A stretch of 64,000 nt of DNA from Mobula birostris (lineage: Eukaryota): positions 1-64,000 of the forward strand of contig NW_027274405.1 of assembly GCF_030028105.1 (NCBI RefSeq). The letters are read 5' to 3'. A program made the translations under genes and the position numbers. How positions within the stretch are numbered: position 1 is the first letter of the stretch; the number at the start of each line of letters is the position of its first letter. Positions 1 to 12,400 of this stretch are shown one piece after another. The notes under the pieces were generated by a model. The model saw only the letters and a program-made list of their open reading frames with translations. It did no database searches and was not told the DNA's origin.

Positions 1-429
1 TCCAAAGCCCTGGCTCAGCGAGTGTCGCGGCAGTCTGCAATCGAATGCAAGATGGCTTGTCTTCTGCCGAGCGAACACTGGGGTAGCACCGGTTCCAGCC
101 TGGACACCGCGCCACCCCCGTGGCGTGCACAGACACCAAAGCTGTAACAGGCGACACTGCGGCAAGGCCACACAGCCCCCCGCCATTCTTCCCTGTCGAC
201 TGCCGATAATTCAGTGAACCGGACTTGCAGCATTTCACATTAACAATGTCCAACAGGCTCTTGCAATCACAAGAAAAGCAACTGAGTCAATCACTGGTTG
301 TTTGGCTGCACCCTGCCTGCGCATTGATTCCTCCAACACTCCTGTAATGAAGGCAGCAGCGAGTACCTCACTGACGGGGTAGACCCTCAGTACTGGGACT
401 TTATTCAGGGAAGGTATGACAGAGGCTCG

Positions 430-930
430 AAGTTCAAAACAAATTTATTGTCATAGTACATATATATCACCACATAGGATGCTGAGATTAATTTATTTTG
501 TGGGCAGACTCATTAAATCCAGCGTAGAATACTAACCACGATAACCAGTGAAAGACTGCACCAACTCGGACGTTCAACCAGTGTGAAAAAGACAACAAAT
601 TGTGCAAATACATAAATAAATAATCTATAAATAATGGTAACATGAGATGAAGAGTCTTTGAAAGTGAGTCCATAGGAACATTTCAGTGATGAGGCAAGTG
701 AAGTTTTCCCCTCTGGTTCAGGAACCTGATGGTCGAGGAGTAATGACTGTTCCCGACCCTGGTGGTGTGAGCCCTGAGGCTCCTGTTCCTTCTTCCTGAC
801 GGCAGCAGTGAGGAGAGAGCCTGGCCTGGGTGGTGGGGGGTCCCTGGTGATGGATGCTGCTTTCCCGCAGCAGCGTTTCATGTGGACGTACTCAATGGTG
901 GGGTAGGCTTTACCCATGAGACCATAAGAT
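430..930 (-). mobile_element. Rex1/Babar-type LINE 3' fragment
   Basis: Minus strand reads ..KAASIxxDPxHPG..LP.. 3' RT remnant, followed by an AT-rich 3'UTR. Confidence 0.55.
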
Positions 931-2342
931 ACAGGAGCAGAATAAAGCCGCTTGGCCCGTCAAGTCTGCTCCACCATTTCATCGTGGCCGAGTCCACTAC
1001 TTTTTGTAGGGCTTTCTGTTCGAGGGCATTGGTGTTCCCCTGCCAGGCTGTGATACACTCTCCACCACACATCTAAAGAAGTTTCTCAAAGTTTCAGATG
1101 TCATGCCAAATCTTTGCAGACTCCTGAGGAAGTACAGGTTCTGCTGTGCTTTCTTTGTCTTTGTGATGGCATTTGCAGGGCCCAGGACAGATCCTCCAAA
1201 ATGATAACAGGGAAGAATTTAAAGTTGTTGACACTCTCCAACTCTGATCCTCTGACAGACCTCTGTTATACAAAATGATGAGGGGTATAGACTGGGTCAA
1301 TACGTAAATGCCTTTTCCCCTCAGGTTGGGCGAGACTAGAACTGGAGGTTCAGGGTGAAAGGTGAAATGTTTAAGGAGAATTTGAGAGGGTTTTTCTTCA
1401 TTCAGAGGTTTCTGTGAATGTCCAACAAGCTGCCAACGGAAATAGTGGATGTGGGTTCAGTTGTAACATTTAAGGGAAGTTTGGACAGGTACATGAATGA
1501 GAGAGATATGGAGGCTATAGTCTGGGTGTGGATAGAAACCACCAGGCTAGCACAGACTCGATGGGCCAAAGGGCCTGTTTCTGTGCTAGTAGTACTCTAT
1601 GACTCGTGAGGAAATAGAGGTCTTGCTGAGCTTTCTTGTCCCGTGATGACCTGGTAGTGGGACCAGGACAGACTGTTGGTGACATGAAACTTGCAACCTC
1701 TCAACCTCAGCGCTGTCTCCCAGTGTTCACTCAGCAGAAGACAAGCCACCTTGCTTGTGATTGTAGACTGCCTCAACATCCATGGACTCAGGGTCTTGGG
1801 CTATACTGTGACTGCATTTTACTGATATCTTTATATGTGCTTTGTGCTGTGCGTGACCGTTGGTATTGCGTTTTGCACCTTGGTCCCAGAGTAACGCTGT
1901 TTCGCTTGGCTCTATTCATGGGCATTTGTGACAAAGAAACTTTGACTTGAACTATTCACCCTTTCCCTATAACTCAGGGTCTCTAGTCCCGGTACCATAG
2001 TTTATTTTGCTGACATTGTGGGGAATGTTTGTCATCATGGCAACATGTCACTAAGCCCTCTGTCTCCTTCTGGTTCTCCGACTGATTGTTATTTGAGGTT
2101 TGGCCCACTATGGTGGTGTCATCGCAAACTTGTAGTTGGGGTTAGAGCAGAGTCTGCCCACGTTGTCCTGAGGACACGGAGCGGAGTGGGGGCTGAGACC
2201 ACAGTCCGATGGAGCACCTGTATTTTGAATGGTTTTGGGGAAGTAACGAGGAGGATAGGGGAGGGGGTGAGTTGTGGGAAGCTGTGAGGGTCAGTGTGAG
2301 CAGGTTGTGACCCCCCCCTTCCTCTTCGTCCTCTCCCCTCAG

Positions 2343-2450
2343 TTACCGGAGGCTCCTGGACCAGCTGGTGACCCTGGTGAAGCGGAACCCAAGGGTGGGG
2401 CTGGTGGCAGCCACACACAATGAGGGATCAGTCCAATACCTTCTCAATAG
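2343..2450 (+). CDS. PRODH2: PRODH2 antepenultimate exon
   Basis: ctcAG|T TAC CGG ... AAT AG|GTACAG; encodes the ATHNE motif. Confidence 0.88.
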
Positions 2451-5285
2451 GTACAGACCCTCCTACCCTCCCCTCCACTGAGGGATATCCCTCAATTCTC
2501 CCCTCTCCTCCTTGCACTCGCCACCCTCCATCTTCTCCTTCCCTCGTCGGATGATCCTTCTCCATCCCTCCACTTCCTGAGGTATGTTCCTCTCTCATCC
2601 CCTCCCCTTCATGAGAGACACTCTCTACCGTCCCCTCCTCTTCCACCCTCTGAGGGACGTCCCTCCTCCATCCGTCATCCCCCCGCTCTCCCACCCATCT
2701 CTGTATTTCTCCCTCCCACCCACTCTGCCCGTAATCTCTAACCTGCTCTTGCCCTCTCCCACCCCGTCTCCTCCCCCTCAGTCTCTCCTGCCCCCCCCAT
2801 TCATTCTGTCTTCTCCCCTCACAGGATGGAGGCGCTGGGTCTCGGCAGGGACTGTGGGATGATTCACTCTGCCCAGTTACTGGGAATGTGTGACCACGTC
2901 TCCCTCACCCTGGGTATGTATAAACTCCTCGGCAAACTCCCTCTCTCCACTCCCCCGTCTCTCCCTCCTATCATCTCTTCTCCTGTCAATTCCTCTCCTC
3001 TCCTCTGCCTCCCTCTTCCCTCTCTCACTCCCCTCATTCCTCTCTCTTTACCCCCAATCTCTACCCCTCTCCTTCTCCTCTCTTTCTCACCCTCCCCCCC
3101 ACCTCCCCCACCCCACCGCACCAAAACACCAATGTGGCTGGGGGTGGGGGAGCACTGGTGCCTCGCGCTCTTCTGGTCTGAGTGTGAAAGGAGGGTCTAG
3201 CTGAACGTCTGACTAGAACGCTCCACTGTGATGTACCGAGATGAGTTACCTGTGTGGAAAATATGATCCATTTCCCTTCGATTTTTTATTAATGTCACTT
3301 TTACTGGGATTCCTTCCTTCAAATGTTCAGAGTGGTTACTCCCTCCTCACCTCTAGAATTTGCTTTCTGGTTCACGTCTGAATTGAATCAGTTATCAGTC
3401 GCAGAACCAAGTGAATTTAAGAAGATAAGAGTGGTGAGACTCGGTAACAGACCGCTGGAAAACAACACTGGAGATATAGTAATGGGGACAAAGAAAAGAC
3501 AAATGAACTGAATATACATTTTTGCACAGTCTTCACTGTGGAGAGACACTAGGTCCTCTTAAAGACCACTGGAGCTCCCAATTCATAGAGCCATAGGAAA
3601 TGGTCAAGGTTGTTAATGTCTGTTTCCCCCTGGAGAACAACACGGATCCCAAAGAAATGAAGTCAAGGACCATATGCAGATCACAAGGAAGGAGATGTTT
3701 GAAGTTCATTAATGTGGCCAAATCCCTGGGGCTTGACCAAGTGCACAGCCAGACTTTTGTATAGATATTTGCTTTGCCATTAGCCAGTGTTGAAATTCAC
3801 AGGACTTGCAGAGTGGCTCATGCTGTCCAATCATTGGAGAAGGGAGGCAAGGCCAGGCCAGTGAACCACAGGGGATTTACTGGAGCGAGTTCTGAGCAAC
3901 AAGATCTAGCTGCAGTTGGATATTCAAGACCCGATCATGAATCGTCAGTACGGTCTTGTCCATAGGAGGTCATGTCAGATGAATCTTTTAGAGTTTCTGA
4001 AGAGGGTTGATGAAGGATAATATCTGTATGGATTTCTAGTAAGGAGTTTGACAATATCCTGCAAGGCAGGCTGATATGGAAGGTTCATTTGCGAGGGATT
4101 TGGGGAGAGCTACTGAGACGGATTCTGATAGGAAGCAGAGGGTGATGGCTGAAGGTCGACTCTCCATCCGGAGGCCTGTGCCTACCGGGATGCCCGAGGG
4201 ATCAGTATTGATTATGTAAATGATTTGGATGTGTGGAATGATTAGCCAGTCTGCAGATGATACTAAATGAGAGGGTTGCCGACGCTGAAGCAGGTTACAA
4301 TGAATTCCAAAAAGATCTTGATCAGTTGGGGAGATGGGCTGCCGAATGGCAAATGGATTTCAACTTGGGGAAGTGAGAGGTGATGCATTTTGGGCAGTCA
4401 AACCAGGGTACAGTTCACTGAAAGCTGCCACCCAAGCAGACGGAGGGGTGAAGGAGGTGCTTAGCACACCGGTCAGCATCAATCAGGGCACCGAGTTTAA
4501 GAGCTGGGACAGGTCACAGGTGTGATGCACTCAGAGTATTACGTACAGTTTTGGTTATAGGGAAGACATTGTCCCGCTGTGGAGCGCACAGAGGAGATTA
4601 GTGAGGATTCTACCTGGGCAGGAGGGCTGCAGTTACAGAGGAGAGCTTGTCCACACTCGATCTTTATTTCTGCGGGGGAAGGATTGAGGGGTGGAGCGTA
4701 GGAGATTGAAAGGTGATCTTATAGGTTTATAAAATCACAAGAGGTGTGGAGAAGACGGGTGGTCACAGGTTTTCCCCAGGGGTGGGGAGTGCAAGACTAG
4801 AGGGTACAAATACAAGACGAGGGGAGGTCTGAGGGGTAACAGAGGGTAGGAAGAACCTGGAATGAGCTGCCAGTGGTAGGAAGGCTGTAATTGTGAAATT
4901 TAAGGGGCATTTGGATAGGAACATGGAGGAGAGAGGGCTTTGGATGGTTTTAGAATGAACACAAGCAACAGGGATAAGCAGGCATGAGGCAGGGGTCAGT
5001 ATGGACCGGATAGAACGAAGGGCCAGTTTCTGGGTTGTATTTCTCTATGATTCCATCATCACTGTTTCTCCCCCATCTCCCCTCCCTGCTTCACCACCCA
5101 CAGGGCGAGCTGGCTACTCGGTCTACAAATCCGTCCCGTATGGAGATGTGCCGTCTGTCATTCCCTACCTGATCCGAAGAGCCCAGGAGAACCAGTCGGC
5201 GCTGAGGGGTCTCCGCCGCGAGAGAGAGCTGCTCAGGGGCGAGCTCAGCCGGCGCCTCCTGCTCGGGAGGGGGGTGCAGGGCTGA
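2343..5285 (+). CDS. PRODH2: Hydroxyproline dehydrogenase (proline dehydrogenase 2), 3' part of gene; join(2343..2450,2825..2913,5104..5285)
   Basis: Spliced GT-AG exons are phase-compatible and give [75 protein letters not shown]. The [13 protein letters not shown], YKSxPYG and [11 protein letters not shown] motifs fit PRODH2 better than PRODH. Upstream exons lie outside the window. Confidence 0.88.
2825..2913 (+). CDS. PRODH2: PRODH2 penultimate exon
   Basis: acAG|G ATG GAG ... CTG G|GTATGT; encodes [11 protein letters not shown]. Confidence 0.9.
3440..5050 (+). mobile_element. Highly degenerate CR1 LINE fragments
   Basis: Decayed DFSKxFD, PQGS and ADDTK motifs, plus a 3' TTCTAT-type tail. 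Confidence 0.6.
5104..5285 (+). CDS. PRODH2: PRODH2 terminal coding exon
   Basis: cacAG|GG CGA GCT GGC TAC ... TGA at 5283-5285; [16 protein letters not shown]. Confidence 0.92.
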
Positions 5286-5588
5286 CAGAGTGAGGAGCGA
5301 AAGATGTCCCCTCTCTCACCAACCACAGACCTCTGACCCATTCCCCTCCCTCACCAACCACTGACCTCTGACCCATTCCCCTCCCTCCCAGACTGACCAC
5401 TGACTCCTGACCCATTCCCCTCCCTCACCAACCCCAGACCTCTCAGCCATTCCCCTCCCTCCCAGACTGACCACTGACCCCTGACGCCAGTCACCCCCAG
5501 ACCGACCTCTAACCTCTGACCCCAGTTACCCCCAGACCGACCTCTAACCTTGGACAGTCCCAGACCAACCCCAGACCGCTGAAGATTG

Positions 5589-5594
5589 AATAAA
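5589..5594 (+). terminator. PRODH2 polyadenylation signal AATAAA
   Basis: AATAAA ~300 nt after the stop, followed by a GT-rich downstream element. Confidence 0.7.
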
Positions 5595-6239
5595 GATGGA
5601 CTTCAACCCTGCGTCTGGTGTTGCGTGTTACTGTGGGGGATGAGATGGGGAGGGGTGAGGGGAAATGGAAGGGATGGGGGGGGTGAGAGGTCGGCAGAGG
5701 GGGAGAGGAGAGAGCAGGGATGAGGCTGGCTGAGGGGGAGAGAAGAGGATTGGGGGGAATGGACTCAACTCACCTTCCCCTTCCCCCCATCCGGTGCGTG
5801 TGAACCCCGGTGACCCCCTCCCCTTTCATCCAGTCTGTGGGACCCGCCCCTCTTCCTTTCCCCTCCTCCCCCTCCCCCTTCCCCCCGGGTCTGTGTGATC
5901 CCCCCTCCCCTCCCCACCCCACCCCTCCCCTCCCCATCCTACCCCACCCCTCCTCTCCCCTCTCCCCCCGGGTCTGTGTGACTCTCCCTCCCCAGCCCCC
6001 CGATCTGTAACCTCCTCTCCTCTCTCCCGGGTCTGTGTGACTCCCCCACCCCCCGGTCTGTGTGATCCCCCTCCCCTCCCCACCCCACCCCTCCTCTCCC
6101 CTCTCCCCCCGGGTCTGTGTGACTCTCCCTTCTCCCTGGGTCTGTGTGACTCCCCCTCCCCACCCCCTCCGATCTGTAACCCCCCCTCCCCACCCCTCCT
6201 CTCCTCTCTCCCGGGTCTGTGTGACTCTCCTTTCGCCTC

Positions 6240-6418
6240 CCGTCCCCACCCCGCCCGCGGATCAGGTTCCAGGGTCAGCTGGCTGTCGCGGTGTAAAGGT
6301 CGGCGGCGAGAGGAGGGGGGAGGCGGGCGGCTGACGGACCGTCGCACTCGGACAGACAGACAGACACAGCCGGCCGCAGCTCCGGGGATCCGCCGAGACG
6401 CTCCACAGACGTCCAGAT
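6240..6418 (+). promoter_or_regulatory. CpG-rich promoter / 5'UTR of ADPRH
   Basis: CpG-dense segment with a GC box (CCCCGCCC, 6249-6256) directly upstream of the ATG at 6419. Confidence 0.55.
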
Positions 6419-6435
6419 ATGTCGGCCGAGACTCC
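6419..6435 (+). CDS. ADPRH: ADPRH coding exon 1 (MSAETP)
   Basis: ATG TCG GCC GAG ACT CC|GTGAGT; strong donor, phase 2 matches the next exon. Confidence 0.65.
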
Positions 6436-9400
6436 GTGAGTTTGCTGGGGGGGGGGGGGAACCATAACGGGACGGTGATATAACTCAGCACTCTCACGTT
6501 CCCTGCTCTCTCTACACCACAACCCTCCAACTCCGTGCCATTTCTCCCCCTCCCCCCTCTTTCCCCTCCCCTCCCCGCTCTTCTGCCCCCGCTCTCATTC
6601 CCCTCCCTTCTCCCCTCCACTCTTTCCCCCTCTCCCCTTCCCCAAACCCCTTCCTGTCTCCCTTCCCTTCCCCCTCCCCCTCCCCCCACTCTCTCCACCC
6701 CTCTATTCCTCCCCCTTTTCCCCACCTGTCTCCCACTCTCTCTGCACCTCACTCTCTACACCCCCCCTCACTTTGGCTCTCTCTGCCCTGAATCTCCTGC
6801 CCTGAATCTCCTGCCCTGAAACTCCAGCCCTGAATCTCATGCCCTGAAACTCATGCCCTGAATCTCATGCCCTGAATCTCATGCCCTGAATCTCATGCCC
6901 TGAAACTCATGCCCTGTCTGCCCTCACTGAACACCCCCCCATCCAGGGCCTCCGTGGAACGCTACCGAGCCGCCATGTTGCTCAGTGCGGCAGGCGATTC
7001 GCTTGGATACCGGAACCAACGATGGGAATACTGTGAGAGTGGTCCCCAGATTCACCAGGAGCTTGTCGAGCTAGGAGGTGTCTATGCCATTGAAGTCCGT
7101 CTCCCCGACTGGAGGGTTAGTGATGACACCGTGTTACATCTTGCCACAGCAGAGGCACTGAACTCAGGTCAGTGACTGTGGGAGGGAGTTTCACTCTGTG
7201 TCTGACCCCAGGAGTGTGTGATGGGACGGTGTGGAGGGAGATTCACTCAATGTCTGACCAAGGAATCTGTGATGGGACGGTGTGGATGGAGTTTCACTCT
7301 GTGTCTGACCCTGGGAGTGTGTGATGGGACGGTGTGGAGGGAGTTTCACTCTGTGTCTGACCCTGGGAGTGTGTGATGGGACGGTGTGGAGGGAGATTCA
7401 CTCTGTGTCTGACCCCGGGAGTGTGTGATGGGACGGTGTGGAGGGAGTTTCACTCTGTGTCTGACCCCGGGAGTGTGTGATGGGACGGTGTGGAGGGAGC
7501 TTCACTCTGTGTCTGACCCCGGGAGTGTATGATGGCACAGTGTGGAGGGAGATTCACTCTGTGTCTGACCCCGGGAGTGTGTGATGGGACGGTGGGGAGG
7601 GAGATTCACTCTGTGTCTGACCCCGGGAGTGTGTGATGGGACGGTGTGGAGGGAGATTCACTCTGTGTCTGACCCCGGGAGTGTGTGATGGGACGGTGTG
7701 GAGGGAGTTTCACTCTGTGTCTGACCCTGGGAGTGTGTGATGGGACGGTGAGGAGGGAGCTTCACTCTGTGTCTGACCCCGGGAGTGTGTGATGGGACGG
7801 TGTGGAGGGAGCTTCACTCTGTGTCTGACCCCGGGAGTGTGTGATGGGATGGTGTGGAAGGAGATTCACTCTATGTCTGACCTCGGGAGTGTGTGATGGG
7901 ACGGTGTGGAGGGAGATTCACCCTGTGTCTGACCCCGGGAGTGTGTGATGGGACGGTGTGGAGGGAGTTTCACTCTGTGTCTGACCCTGGGAGTGTGTGA
8001 TGGGACGGTGAGGAGGGAGCTTCACTCTGTGTCTGACCCCGGGAGTGTGTGATGGGACGGTGTGGAGGGAGCTTCACTCTGTGTCTGACCCCGGGAGTGT
8101 GTGATGGGATGGTGTGGAAGGAGATTCACTCTATGTCTGACCTCGGGAGTGTGTGATGGGACGGTGTGGAGGGAGATTCACCCTGTGTCTGACCCCGGGA
8201 GTGTGTGATGGGACGGTGTGGAGGGAGATTCACTCTGTGTCTGACCCCGGGAGTGTGTGATGGGACGGTGTGGAGGGAGATTCACCCTGTGTCTGACCCC
8301 GGGAGTGTGTGATGGGACGGTGTGGAGGGAGATTCACTCTGTGTCTGACCCCGGGAGTGTGTGATGGGACGGTGTGGAGGGAGATTCACCCTGTGTCTGA
8401 CCCCGGGAGTGTGTGATGGGACGGTGTGGAGGGAGATTCACTCTGTATCTGACCCTGGGAGAGTGTGATGGGACGGTGTGGAGGGAGATTCACTCTATGT
8501 CTGACCCCGGGAGTGTGTGATGGGACGGTGTGGAGGGAGATTCACTCTGTTCCTGACCCCGGGTGTGTGTGATGGGATGGTGTGGAGGGAGATTCACTGT
8601 GTCTGACCCTGGGAGTGTGTGATGGGACGGTGGGGAGGGAGCTTCACTCTGTGTCTGACCCCGGGAGTGTGTGATGGGACGGTATGGAGGGAGTTTCACT
8701 CTGTGTCTGACCCCGGGAGTGTGTAATGTGTTGTATGTTGCTGTTTCTTGTGATGAAGATGTTCAGAATTCGGGAATGAGGCATAAACCTGTTGTGTACA
8801 ATTGTTTTGCTGAAACGAAGGAATGAGGAAACAATCAGAGAATAAAGAGATAGTTGTCGTCTCGCAGAAACCAGGTCCGAGTGTAAAATGACAATATTGC
8901 AGTGACCATAATTAACCACTGAAATTGGCAGGTACAGGTGATGTGGCACCTATTGCAGGAGAACTTCGAAGCAGTTATACCATAATGGCTGGAATTTCCC
9001 TGAACAATTAAACACGCCTAGATGATTGATTCTGTCAGAAACCTCAAAGCAGGTGGTCTTGATAGAACTGACATTGTGTTGGGAAGACCGGATTGAGGAG
9101 GTGTTTAAATGTAAGAAAGCCAAATACCAGGAGCTGGTAGAGCAGTGCCAGGGTCAGGTGGAGAGAATGATGTGAGCCTATAGAGGTCGGGGGTGGATAT
9201 TTCGCTGGCTGCTCATGTGTAGAACCTACTCTGTCCTAGGCATTACAGGGGATGCAAAGAAGAGTCATCAGGACCGTCACCGAGGCTACTGAGTGAGCCT
9301 CCAGATGGTTATGTATCAAGAGATGCAGCCCATGGACCAATGCTACTGGGACTCAAGCCAGGGCCTGATCAACCCTGGCTGGGTCACCTGGGTGAGAGTG

Positions 9401-12400
9401 TTTAATGTTGAACGACCATAAACACACTGATGACCCCGGGTTACATCACTGATGATATGTCCCAGTACATCCTAGGATGTATCTCAGCATGATTATATAA
9501 GACAGAAGTGATTACAGGAATGTTAAATTACAAGAAAATAACAAGTCAACTCTCCATTGCAACATTCCCTCCTTTGATTCTAAATAACACATTTAGAATC
9601 ATTATATCAAAAATTTTCAGAAGCAGAAAAACTTGTGCTGCCCCACATCAAGTATAAACCTTAATCAAAAATTCACCCTGACTGAATGATCAAAAGGTGT
9701 TTATAGAATTATGTCAGTCAGGTTCATTGGTATTTATGAGTTGGTATACCTTGAGTAACACACACAGAGTGCTGGAGGATCTCAGGCTGTGTCTATGGAA
9801 ATGAGTAAAGAGTTGGATGTGAAAGATAAAGTGCCTGAGAGGAAGAAGTTTGATATGAGAGGAGAGTAGATCACAGGGGAAGGGGAAGGAGGAGCAGCAT
9901 CAGGGAGAAGTGAGATGAGGGAAGCGGCCAGAGGGGGGAATACAAGAAGAGGGAGGGGAGAAGGGAAATATTTTTTACCGGAAGGAGAAATCGATGTTCG
10001 TGCCATCAGGTTGGAGGCTCCTGCACCCTGAGTGTGGCCCCATCACAGCAGAGGAAGAGGTCATAGACAGTCATATCCGAATGGGAATAAGAATAGGAAT
10101 TAAATGGTTGGCCACTGGGAAGTAGTATTTTTGTGCATTCACTCAGGTTAGTTTGCAGAGTTCTGTTAACGATGGTATTTGTACAAGTCATGAAGGGAGC
10201 TGTGATAAGATGCTCCATTGTGAATATTATGACTTGTAATATCGAGCAACCCCAGTTTCCCGGATTTAATTGAATCCTGTCAAATTCCCTCCATCTGCTT
10301 GATGGATCTTAGCTGCTTCTTTATGAACATCATCAGTTAAATTAGTTATGTCTTCGAGGTTGTCGGGTATGTAGGTAGGCATTCCATGCCTATTCACCCC
10401 CCCCACTGCTAAGAGATCAAATGCTGTACGATTTTGCAGAACCATCTTGTGCGTGGAGGCCTTTTCTGCTGTTGCTTTCTGTAAGGCACTGACTGTGTCA
10501 TCACTGCAACAACATTGTCAATGAGACAAATTGGGTGGGGATACAGAAACATCAGATTAAACGTGGTGTGCAGTAGTTAATGATTCTGTGCGACATCGTC
10601 TGGCTGGTTAGTAATTTTCTCACTGTAGCCCAGCAGTGTAGGGCTGGGGCAGCACTCACAGACGGACTAAGCACAGAGCCTGTTGTACTCGTCAGATACA
10701 ACTTTAGCTCGCTTGCAGTGGCTGGCGTGCGTTTGCACATTTACCTCTGCTTTCACCACCCAGCTGCTAATTAACAGCACTTGATACCGACCTTCCCACC
10801 CAGTACTCAGCGGCTCCTTCTGTGTTTTTTATCAGGGCCCGCTCACCCGGGATCAAGGCATGTCTTTGTTTCGTTTATCAGGGCCCGCTCACCCGGGATC
10901 AAGTCATGTCTTTGTTTCATTTGACCTCACCAAGCAGCAGACTGGGCAGTTTGGGAGAGTTTCACACAATAGTTAACATAACTTCTGCCATCTCCAACGG
11001 GATCCCACCACTAAGCACATCTTTCCCTCCCACCCCCTGCTTTCCGCAGGGATCGCTCCCTACGCAACTCCCTTGTCCATCCCTCCCCCTCCTGTCTTCT
11101 CCTATCATTTCGGATCTCCTCCTCCCCCTCCCACTTTCAAATCTCTTACTAACTCTTCCTTCAGTTAGTCCTGACGAAGGGTCTCGGCCTGAAACGTCGG
11201 CTGTACCTCTTCCTAGAGATGCTGCCTGGCCTGCTGCATTCACCAGCAACTTTGATGTGTGTTGCATGAGTTAACTAAACTCTCTGCCATTACATGTATA
11301 TTGACCTCTCTGAGATCAGGAGGTCCTGTTACTACCTCTTATGTCTTAACATAAGAGCAGAATTAGGCCATTCGGTCACAGTTTAAGGATAAAGGGGAAG
11401 CCTTTTAGGACCGAGATGAGGAAAAACTTCTTCACACAGAGAGTGGTGAATCTGTGGAATTCTCTGCCACAGGAAACAGTTGAGGCCAGTTCATTGGCTA
11501 TATTTAAGAGGGAGTTAGATATGGCCCTTGTGGCTAAAGGGATCAGGGGGTGTGGAGAGAAGGCTGGTACAGGGTTCTGAGTTGGATGATCAGCCATGAT
11601 CGTACTGAATGGCGGTGCAGGCTCGAAGGGCCGAATGGCCTACTCCTGCACCTGTTTTCTATGTTTCTATTAAGTCTGCCTTGCCAGTCCATCATGGCTG
11701 ATTTATTCTCCCTCTCAACCCCAGTCTCCTGCCTTCTCCCCGTAACCTTTGATGCCCTGACTAATCAAGAACCGATCAAACTCAGCTTTAACTATTCCCA
11801 GTGACATGGCCTCACAGCCATCTGGGGCAATTACCTCTGGCTATATAAATTCCTCCTCATCTCCGTTGTAAAGGGACATCCCTCTATTCTGAGGCTGTGC
11901 CCTCTGGTCCCAGACTCCCCCATTGTAGGAAACATCCTGTCCATGTCCACACTATCTAGACCTTTCAGCGTTTGGTAGGTTTCACTGAGATCCCCCCTCA
12001 TTCTTCTAAATTCCAGGGAGTACAACGGCAGTGAGGGTGGAGGAAGGTAGCAGCAATGAAGTGTCCCCAGTTACCTTGCATTCCATGCCACTGGAATGGT
12101 CCGGCTCAGATAGCACACGTCCATCGGGGTCAGGGTCAGATAGAACACGTCCATCGGGGTCAGGGTCAGATAGAACACATCCACCCGGGTCAGGGTCAGA
12201 TAGAACACGTCCATCGGGGTCAGGGTCAGATAGCACACGTCCATCGGGGTCAGGGTCAGATAGAACACATCCACCCGGGTCAGGGTCAGATAGAACACGT
12301 CCATCGGGGTCAGGGTCAGATAGAACACATCCACCCGGGTCAGGGTCAGATAGAACACGTCCATCGGGGTCAGGGTCAGATAGAACACATCCACCCGGGT

